Of a DNA stretch of 25,289 bases, positions 7,352 to 13,646 are shown piece after piece. Every line of letters starts with the position of its first letter. Position 1 is the stretch's first letter. A program made the position numbers and the translations under genes. The stretch comes from a virus (taxonomy: Duplodnaviria > Caudoviricetes): IMG/VR virus record IMGVR_UViG_3300017747_002921, positions 1-25,289 of that record; one strand, given 5' to 3'. Below the pieces are notes generated by a model that was not told the DNA's origin, made no database searches, and was given only the letters and a program-made list of their open reading frames with translations.

Positions 7352-7578
7352 TTACGCACGACACGATGACGATCGTTGATTTAATTGGGTTTGCGAGTCC
7401 AGCAGCGGGCACCACGGGCTTGTCCGCTATTGTCACTCAACCGCCGGACAGAGGCGGCCAGTATAGACTAAATCGACACTTCCGCACAGGCTCGTTGTCC
7501 TATCCCGGCTCCCCGAACTGGACAATTCCAGCCGCTATTCCCCACTATCTCCCCACGGCACTACGCACGGGGGAGCGG
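7352..7578 (+). other. attP region with a tRNA 3'-end-like core (7394-7414)
   Basis: CGAGTCCAGCAGCGGGCACCA resembles the T-loop 3' side, acceptor strand and CCA of a tRNA (Leu-like). TACGCACG direct repeats at 7353 and 7562 are candidate arm sites. Confidence 0.75.
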
Positions 7579-8562
7579 ATGGCGTCGATCAGGAAGCACC
7601 AGGGCGGATACCGCGCGCAGGTCTATGTCGGGGGGCGGCGCGCTTCCAAGGTGTTCCGCACCCAGCGCGAGGCGTCGGCTTGGGCGCTCGGCAAGGAAGG
7701 CGAACTGGAGCGGTCGCCATCCGAACTGCACACCGTCCGCCAGTTGGTCGAGCGGTATATAGAAGAGGTGATCCCCGGCAAGCGGGGCGGCACCCACGAG
7801 GAGTGGCAAGCCAAGGCACTGCTGCGGGACTTCCCCGATCTGGCCGCCAAGAAGTTGTCCGACCTCGACACGCCCGATCTGGCCCGGTGGCGCGATACCC
7901 GGCTCAAGGTCGTGTCCGACGCCACGGTCCTGCGCAATCTGAGCTGGCTACGGCACGCGCTCAAGGTCGCCCGCGAGGAATGGAAGTGGATGGACCGCAA
8001 CCCGCTCCAAGGCCTGCGCATTCCCAAGAACCCGACGCCAAGGACCCGGCGCATGCAGATGGGCGAGGTGCGCGCCCTGTGCCGCATCCTCGACTACCGG
8101 CCGGGCAAGGCCCCCCAGACCAAGGGCCAGCAGGTCGCGCTTGCCCTCATGGTGGCCCTGCGCTCCGGCCTGCGTGCTGGCGAGATCCTGAGCCTGGGGC
8201 GGGGCAACCTCGACATGAGGAACCGCGTCGCCAAGGTCCAGCACAAGACCCAGCACCTGACGGGCCGCCCGCGCGAGGTGCCGCTACGCCATCCCGTCAT
8301 CCGCCTGTTGCGCCCCGTGGCCCATCTGGAGAGATGCTTCGATATTTCGTCGGCCTCGCTCGACGTGCTGTTCCGCAAGGCCCGCGATCGGCTTATGATC
8401 GAGGACCTGCACTTCCACGACTCGCGCGCCGAGGCCCTGACGCGGCTGGCCCGCAAGGTGGACGTGATGACCCTATCCAAGATCAGCGGGCACAAGGACG
8501 TGCGAATCCTCGTGAACGCCTATTACAGAGAAACGGCGGCTCAAATCGCCGCGAGAATATGA
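7579..8562 (+). CDS. int: Tyrosine integrase, Rci/HP1-like subfamily
   Basis: MASIRK..YRAQV N-terminus; catalytic SGLRAGEI, FHDSRAEA, SGHKD and YY; GGAG RBS before ATG 7579. Confidence 0.93.
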   Translation: MASIRKHQGGYRAQVYVGGRRASKVFRTQREASAWALGKEGELERSPSELHTVRQLVERYIEEVIPGKRGGTHEEWQAKALLRDFPDLAAKKLSDLDTPDLARWRDTRLKVVSDATVLRNLSWLRHALKVAREEWKWMDRNPLQGLRIPKNPTPRTRRMQMGEVRALCRILDYRPGKAPQTKGQQVALALMVALRSGLRAGEILSLGRGNLDMRNRVAKVQHKTQHLTGRPREVPLRHPVIRLLRPVAHLERCFDISSASLDVLFRKARDRLMIEDLHFHDSRAEALTRLARKVDVMTLSKISGHKDVRILVNAYYRETAAQIAARI

Positions 8563-8612
8563 GCAGGAAGGTGTCGAGGACAGACCACCGAGCGACGAAG
8601 TCGCGAGCACCA
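8563..8612 (-). repeat. Element inverted copy R6 abutting the integrase stop
   Basis: GCAGGAAGGTGTCGAGG..GACCACC..GAGCGAC-GAA-GTCGCG; closely similar to R4. Confidence 0.85.
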
Positions 8613-8648
8613 CTAAGGACTCCCAATGACAGATAACCTTGTCAGCCA

Positions 8649-8716
8649 GCAGGAAGGGTTAGCCGTGGCTCCCCGCTTCGCGGCTCGCGGAGTCCCACGG
8701 CAGCCACCTACCGACG
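8649..8716 (+). repeat. Self-complementary composite element (inverted arm + forward copy F6)
   Basis: GCAGGAAGGGTTAGCCGTGG..CCGC-TTC-GCGG..TCGCGGAGTCC-CACGGCAGCC-ACCTACCGACG. Confidence 0.85.
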
Positions 8717-8732
8717 TATAATGGAGAGACGA

Positions 8733-9053
8733 ATGAAGAAACCGAAAGCCAAGAAGGCGACGGCCAAGAAGAAGGCGGCCAAAGCCAAGAAGCCCCTCCC
8801 AGCCCCCAAGCCCTATTGGGTGAAACCCGGCCCGAATTTCAAGGACGGCTATCGCTGGGCTGGCATTACTGCCGAGCAGATCAGGTACTTCCTGAAGGAC
8901 TTGCCGGGCAGCTTTTCGGGCGTCCAGGAGTTCATCAAAGGCCGAAACACTGGCGGCATTGTCGGCGTCCTCCGGGCTGTGCCGGCGCTTCTAGCCGACG
9001 CGGAGAAGGCGGTGGGCCGCAAGGCGCGTAGGCGGCCACCTGCCGACGTATGA
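8733..9053 (+). CDS. Lys-rich hypothetical protein flanked by direct repeats
   Basis: GGAG at 8723 favours ATG 8733; KKPKAKKATAKKKAAKAKK N-terminus. Confidence 0.75.
   Translation: MKKPKAKKATAKKKAAKAKKPLPAPKPYWVKPGPNFKDGYRWAGITAEQIRYFLKDLPGSFSGVQEFIKGRNTGGIVGVLRAVPALLADAEKAVGRKARRRPPADV
9031..9051 (+). repeat. Direct repeat of 8699-8719 (terminal box of the element)
   Basis: GGCGGCCACCTGCCGACGTAT vs GGCAGCCACCTACCGACGTAT, 19/21 identical. Confidence 0.85.
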
Positions 9054-9063
9054 GGAGGCGAAG

Positions 9064-9330
9064 ATGGGCGACACCATCAGACGGCATGACGAGACGGACG
9101 AACCGGACGTTCCGTTTACCAGCCTGCGCGAGGCAATGCAGAGCCTTCGCACCTTGGCGCGCGCCGCTGCCAACAACCACGAACGCAACCTCGCCAAGTA
9201 CATGCTGCGGCACATCAATGGCCTCACGCGCGAAAACAAGAAGCTGCGCCATGATCTTGCGGAGGCTCGCGACCTCGTCCGAGTCTCACGGATGAACGCG
9301 CGGGCGCTGATAGAACAGCGTCGGCAATGA
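9064..9330 (+). CDS. Hypothetical helical protein, last gene of the + arm
   Basis: GAGGAGG RBS; ends in ATGAGCAGGAATGT, a stub of the element. Confidence 0.75.
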   Translation: MGDTIRRHDETDEPDVPFTSLREAMQSLRTLARAAANNHERNLAKYMLRHINGLTRENKKLRHDLAEARDLVRVSRMNARALIEQRRQ

Positions 9331-9340
9331 GCAGGAATGT

Positions 9341-9733
9341 CTAACCGCCCGTATCTGGCGGCACGAAGCAGATGGTCCCGCGATCCGGGGTCCAGCAATG
9401 GTGGGCGTCCTGCCCGTTCGGATTGCGCTCGCGTAGGATCTTGGCGTCGGCCACGGGTATCCATCCGTTGATCTGCCGCACCCACACCCACCAGACGCCC
9501 GCGCGTATCTCGGCCTTGGTCGGCTCGCAATCTCCGGTCTCGACGCCATCCGGCCCCACAATCCGCGCATTGCAGCAGGAAGTGTTCGGGTTGTCGTTCG
9601 GCTTCCAGTTCCGATAGAAGTCCTTGTGGAAGTCGTGATGGTGCTGTTGCGACCTCCCCGGCTTCACGGCTCCAACGACCGCACCGAAGGCTATCACTGC
9701 CGCGAATAGAACGCCTAGATCGCGGGTGTTCAT
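9341..9733 (-). CDS. Exported Cys-containing phage protein
   Basis: N-terminal hydrophobic segment; SCC..DC..HCW..ICFVPP pattern. Confidence 0.8.
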   Translation of the reverse strand: MNTRDLGVLFAAVIAFGAVVGAVKPGRSQQHHHDFHKDFYRNWKPNDNPNTSCCNARIVGPDGVETGDCEPTKAEIRAGVWWVWVRQINGWIPVADAKILRERNPNGQDAHHCWTPDRGTICFVPPDTGG

Positions 9734-9776
9734 GGCTTCCCTGCAAATGCAAAGCGGCGGTTAAGATTTGCGGGGA

Positions 9777-9974
9777 TCATCGCGGCGGCACCGGGGCGTC
9801 AGAGTCGGACGGGTGCGGCTGGCTGCACTCGGCCCACTGGATGGCCTTCGCCAAATCCGCGATCAGGGATAGAGCCAGACCCTCCCCCACCTCGCAGGAA
9901 CGCTCCACCCCATCGACGTTGACCTTGTGAAGGATGCGACCGTCCTCGACGACGAAGCGGGGGTAGAGGTTCAT
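9777..9974 (-). CDS. Small hypothetical protein
   Basis: MNLYPRFVVEDG... starts at an ATGA overlap with the GNAT stop; GGAGG RBS. Confidence 0.7.
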   Translation of the reverse strand: MNLYPRFVVEDGRILHKVNVDGVERSCEVGEGLALSLIADLAKAIQWAECSQPHPSDSDAPVPPR

Positions 9975-10402
9975 ATCGCCCTCCGCCAGTAGACCATGGT
10001 GCGCCAGTACGCCGGGTTGATGACGAGGCCGGTCGTCGCCGTCGCCTCGAATGGCCGGTATCCGCAGGCGATCAGCGAACGCATGGACGCTGCGGAGTAA
10101 GCCTCGGTGTAGGTGATGGCGCTCCTGATGCCCGCGTCGCGCATGGCGTTCTCGCGGTACTCGATCATGGCGCGCTGCAGGCCCTGGCCCCGGCTTTCGG
10201 GGAGGACGCCCGCCCTGTAGTGGAACCCTTCCTCTAGGTGCCTGCACCAGCCGCAGAAGGCCACGGCGACGGGGCCTTGCCATACGAGCGACCAGTGCGC
10301 CGCATCCAGGATCAGCGGCTTGTCATCGGGGAAGCACTCGGCATCGAGCCAACGCAGCCAGCGTCGATCCTCGGGGCCTACGACGGGGCGGAACTCGGTC
10401 AT
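9971..10402 (-). CDS. GNAT-family acetyltransferase
   Basis: RAGVLPESRGQGLQRAMI acetyl-CoA motif A; SMRSLIACGY motif B. Confidence 0.9.
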   Translation of the reverse strand: MTEFRPVVGPEDRRWLRWLDAECFPDDKPLILDAAHWSLVWQGPVAVAFCGWCRHLEEGFHYRAGVLPESRGQGLQRAMIEYRENAMRDAGIRSAITYTEAYSAASMRSLIACGYRPFEATATTGLVINPAYWRTMVYWRRAI

Positions 10403-10674
10403 TCCGGGGCCTTCTTGCTGGGGAAGTCGTCCAGCTCCAAAACCATCCGCTTGGGCACGGCCATCATGCAGCCCGCCTCCCATGAGCCATCGTTGCGCCC
10501 GAGATTCGGCGCGATCAGGTGGTAGTTCTTGGTTTCCTTCACCAGATAGCCGTAGCTCTCGACCGTGTAGTCAACGTGTTCGTACTGATCGACGTTCTTC
10601 CATTCGTCCTCAGAATAGGCGTCGAGCCAGACGCAGCGGATGAAACGGAACGGGGGTTTGTCGTCGTCGCTCAT
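10399..10674 (-). CDS. Phage hypothetical protein (VxWxDA...SxG.L...P family)
   Basis: CVWLDAYSEDEW...VESYGYLVKE...VPKRMV; ATGA-coupled on both sides. Confidence 0.8.
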   Translation of the reverse strand: MSDDDKPPFRFIRCVWLDAYSEDEWKNVDQYEHVDYTVESYGYLVKETKNYHLIAPNLGRNDGSWEAGCMMAVPKRMVLELDDFPSKKAPE

Positions 10675-11927
10675 GCCGCCACCTTTGCGTCGAACATGCC
10701 GGGATTGACGGTGTGCCGCTCTACCTCGCCGTGTTCGCAGTGGTAGACGATGGCCTTCATGGAGCGGTTGCCGCGATAGCCCGCGCCTGCCGCGTAGGCA
10801 TCCAGCGGCGGCAGAACTTCCAGGGTCTCGACCTTGCAGCCGGGAAACGATTTGAGGCTTTCGTGGTGGACGTGGCCGGTAAACCAGACGCGGTGCGCCG
10901 TGCGGCCCCACGCTTCCGGCCGGTCGTGCGCCATGATGCCGGGCAGCTTCTCGCCCTTGATCTTGTCGCCGTGATGCGTGCCGATTAAGACCTTGTGCCA
11001 CTCAAAGTAATGGCAGCCCATCGGGGACTTGTCGATCGTCACGCGGGGTTCGTTCTCGTACAGGCACGCCAGCAGGATACGCATAAAGGCCGCTGTCGCC
11101 GGGTCGTGGTTGCCGCCCTCGAATATCACCGTGACGAGCTTATGCCGCTCCAGCGCCGCCGCGATGATGTGGCGAATGATCCGAACGCCAGTCTCGACCA
11201 TCTTCGGAAAGCGGCCGTCTGCATCCAGTAGGTTCTTGTGCGCGGGCGTGACGGCCGCATAGGAGTCGTAATGAAGGAAATCGCCCAGGAACGGGATCAG
11301 CGCCTGTTCGCACGGCGGGCAGGTATCTATCAGCCGGACGGACGCATCGCGAAAGACCTGTTCTGATATCTTCAGGTCATAGTCGGCATCGCCCGTCTCT
11401 TCGGCCCATGCTTGCATTCCGTGGTGCTGGTCTCCTACGGGATAGACGGCCAGCAGATCGGCATGCGACTTGCCCTTGGGAGCCTTGACCGGCGCGGCCC
11501 TCGGCACGGCCATGGCGATCTTCTCTGCGTAGAGAAGCCACAACCGCTCGCGCTCAGCGTCCTCGGGTTTCTCCGAAATCCACTGCTGCACGACCTTGCC
11601 TTGTTGGTCGCGGAGCGTGGACAGCTTTACGATCTTCTTCGGATCCTGAATCTGGACGGCATCCTCGGGCTCGATGCCCGCCAGCCGTGTCTTGTCCCAT
11701 CGGGCTATCTCTTCGCCGTCGTTGTTGTAGAGGGTGCTTTGACCCTTCATCACCATCTTGGGCGGGATAGCCGAAACAAACCCCCGCCTCCGGGCCTCTC
11801 TCAGCCGCCCCTCGAAGGTCGAGCGGTTCAGGTCCAGAGCCCGGCATACAGTGGCGATGCTGCCGTGCGTTGCCATGGCATCGACGGCCCCTTGGCACAA
11901 CTCGTCTGATAGCGGCGGGGTGGGCAT
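10671..11927 (-). CDS. Calcineurin-like metallophosphoesterase with an N-terminal HTH
   Basis: GDQHHG, LGDFLH, GNHD, HHGD and GHVHH motifs; HGSIATVCRALDLNRSTFEGRL HTH. Confidence 0.88.
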   Translation of the reverse strand: MPTPPLSDELCQGAVDAMATHGSIATVCRALDLNRSTFEGRLREARRRGFVSAIPPKMVMKGQSTLYNNDGEEIARWDKTRLAGIEPEDAVQIQDPKKIVKLSTLRDQQGKVVQQWISEKPEDAERERLWLLYAEKIAMAVPRAAPVKAPKGKSHADLLAVYPVGDQHHGMQAWAEETGDADYDLKISEQVFRDASVRLIDTCPPCEQALIPFLGDFLHYDSYAAVTPAHKNLLDADGRFPKMVETGVRIIRHIIAAALERHKLVTVIFEGGNHDPATAAFMRILLACLYENEPRVTIDKSPMGCHYFEWHKVLIGTHHGDKIKGEKLPGIMAHDRPEAWGRTAHRVWFTGHVHHESLKSFPGCKVETLEVLPPLDAYAAGAGYRGNRSMKAIVYHCEHGEVERHTVNPGMFDAKVAA

Positions 11928-12235
11928 TACTTCACGACCTCGCTAGGTAGGCAGTGCTTGTCGTATTCGATGTTGAAGGCCACGATCTGGTCGGCGTAGC
12001 TTTCCATCACGTCCCAATTGTCCGCGAAGACCTTGATCTGTGCGTCGGTGGCGCTGATGTGGCGGAAGCGTTCGCAACTGGTATCCGCGCTCACAATTGG
12101 GAGTGGCGGGGAGCAGGCGGATAGGAGTAGAATTGCGGCCACAGGAATCAGGAACGACGGCAACGCTAAGCGGATGTTGTCGGTTGGACCGCTAGGCTCT
12201 GCAGAGCCTTTAGAGGCCGGCCCGTCGTTCATCAT
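11927..12235 (-). CDS. Outer-membrane spanin-like lipoprotein (start uncertain)
   Basis: Lipobox LLLSAC followed by SPPLP; follows an i-spanin-like gene. Confidence 0.7.
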   Translation of the reverse strand: MMNDGPASKGSAEPSGPTDNIRLALPSFLIPVAAILLLSACSPPLPIVSADTSCERFRHISATDAQIKVFADNWDVMESYADQIVAFNIEYDKHCLPSEVVK

Positions 12236-12468
12236 TTCAGCCTCTCCAGCTTCTCAGCCGGAGCCATCTGCCTAACCTTCTGCTGGGTTACGGCCCTGCC
12301 CTTGGTAGCCTCGACCTTGCCAGCCAGTGCGGCGGCATAGGTGCGGGCGGCTTGTTCCAGCGCCCCGTTCTTTTCGTGAAGTCGGCCGTTCTGCCAAAAG
12401 AGGAAGGCCGCAGCGGCGATACCGGCGGCGGCGATCAGCCATGGGGCGAAGCGGAGAAGGCCGATCAT
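12232..12468 (-). CDS. Inner-membrane spanin-like protein
   Basis: N-terminal TM helix plus Ala-rich helix, directly after the endolysin. Confidence 0.7.
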   Translation of the reverse strand: MIGLLRFAPWLIAAAGIAAAAFLFWQNGRLHEKNGALEQAARTYAAALAGKVEATKGRAVTQQKVRQMAPAEKLERLK

Positions 12469-12926
12469 ACCGGCCGCCTCGCCTCGAAGGCGACGCCAAG
12501 GAACTGGTCACGCTCGCCAGCACGGCGCGTCCGCACCTCGAAGTCGGCCATCCAGTTATTGAAGGCTTGGCCAGCGCCTTCGTAATCGCCCGCGTTCAGT
12601 GCCCGCAGGATGCTCGAAGGCTTGCCGCCGTTGCCGTAGGCCAGCGCGTTCTTGCCGACGTTGTAGGCGAAGGACACGAGAGCATCGAACTGGTGCTGCT
12701 TGAGCGGAACGGTCACGCAGTCGTTGACGGACTGCTCGAACACTCCAAGGTGGCGCACAAAGTCTGCGTCGGCCTTCTCCTGCGAGATCGGCGGCCCGTT
12801 CGGGATGACGCCATGCGTATTTCCCCAGCCATCGGTCCAGACGCCCTTGGTGTCGAGATAGGGCTTGAGGCGGCAGCCCTCGCGGCCGTGCAGAAGCTCG
12901 ATGCCCTGCTTGCTGGTTTTCATCAC
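12465..12926 (-). CDS. Endolysin, GH24 lysozyme
   Basis: REGCRLKPYLDTKGVWTDGWG (E-x8-D-x5-T), QFDALVSFAYNVG, RRAGE. Confidence 0.93.
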   Translation of the reverse strand: MMKTSKQGIELLHGREGCRLKPYLDTKGVWTDGWGNTHGVIPNGPPISQEKADADFVRHLGVFEQSVNDCVTVPLKQHQFDALVSFAYNVGKNALAYGNGGKPSSILRALNAGDYEGAGQAFNNWMADFEVRTRRAGERDQFLGVAFEARRPV

Positions 12927-13213
12927 GGCACCTTGGCTGCAAGCGTCGCGGCTGCGGTCGCCGCCGTGTCGGTCGCCTTATTCGCCATGGTGGCGATCTG
13001 GTCTTGCTGCTTCTGGCTGCTCACGGTGGAGCCGGTGAAGTAGTTGCCAACGTCCTTGAACGACGTAATCAGCGCGCCCAGCATGATAAGCAGGTACTTC
13101 TCCTGCTCCCCCTCGATCTTCACCACGAAAATCATGTAGAGGCAGGCAAAGAAAGATATCGTGACGAGCGTGCAGTAGATCACGGCGCCGAGAGTGCGAA
13201 GCGTCTCGTTCAT
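12923..13213 (-). CDS. Holin-like two-TM protein
   Basis: Two hydrophobic segments, YFTGS..SS motif, upstream of the endolysin. Confidence 0.7.
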   Translation of the reverse strand: MNETLRTLGAVIYCTLVTISFFACLYMIFVVKIEGEQEKYLLIMLGALITSFKDVGNYFTGSTVSSQKQQDQIATMANKATDTAATAAATLAAKVP

Positions 13214-13407
13214 CAGTGGGCAATCTTCGATAGCTGCCAGACGGCAGCGAAAAGGGCGCAGATGAGCGCGCCAGACGAGATAATCACCAGCGCCTCAAGG
13301 CGGCCTATACGGGCCAAAATGCCCGCGTACCGCTCGGCGCAGACCGCCTCGTGAGTCGCCAATTTGGACGCAGTTGCGGTGGGTGTTTTGCGGGTAGCCC
13401 TAGCCAT
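13213..13407 (-). CDS. Small membrane protein of the lysis cassette (HEAVCAERY family)
   Basis: HEAVCAERY plus a C-terminal TM helix; GGAG RBS. Confidence 0.75.
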   Translation of the reverse strand: MARATRKTPTATASKLATHEAVCAERYAGILARIGRLEALVIISSGALICALFAAVWQLSKIAH

Positions 13408-13510
13408 GGGGCGACTCCAGGGTCAGTCTCATCTCAGCCTCCGTGAGCCGTGCTTGGCTCGTTGGGGTCAGGCTCCCGGTGGCATTCGCGGTGCGCCGGG
13501 GGCCGCTTCG

Positions 13511-13639
13511 TTATTCGTCCGTCTTGGCCTTCGCTGCCTCGACTAGCGCCTCCAGATGCGCCGTCATTTCCGGCCGGTAGAACTCGTCGGCCTTCAGGTG
13601 TTCGATCTCGCGCTCGGCCCATGCGATTGCTTCATCCAT
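13511..13639 (-). CDS. 42-aa acidic helical protein (absent from the ORF track)
   Basis: MDEAIAWAEREIEHLKADEFYRPEMTAHLEALVEAAKAKTDE; AGGTG RBS overlapping the tailspike stop. Confidence 0.65.
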   Translation of the reverse strand: MDEAIAWAEREIEHLKADEFYRPEMTAHLEALVEAAKAKTDE

Positions 13640-13646
13640 GCTTCAC

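Noticed and set aside
7394-7414. tRNA gene
   Set aside because: Only the 3' end is present; there is no D arm or anticodon arm.
7366-7578. 71-aa N-terminal extension of the integrase in the ORF track
   Set aside because: It runs through attP and lacks an RBS; the family-typical start is MASIRK at 7579.
969-9340. Repeats as a CRISPR or TIGR-type guide array
   Set aside because: Copies are dispersed, occur in both orientations and are separated by whole genes. The 9-10 nt spacers resemble one another, and no Cas or Nop-domain protein was recognised.
969-9340. Repeats as canonical attC, REP or rho-independent terminators
   Set aside because: There are no RYYYAAC/GTTRRRY ends, GTAG follows rather than precedes the hairpin, there are no U-tracts, and several copies lie inside coding sequence.
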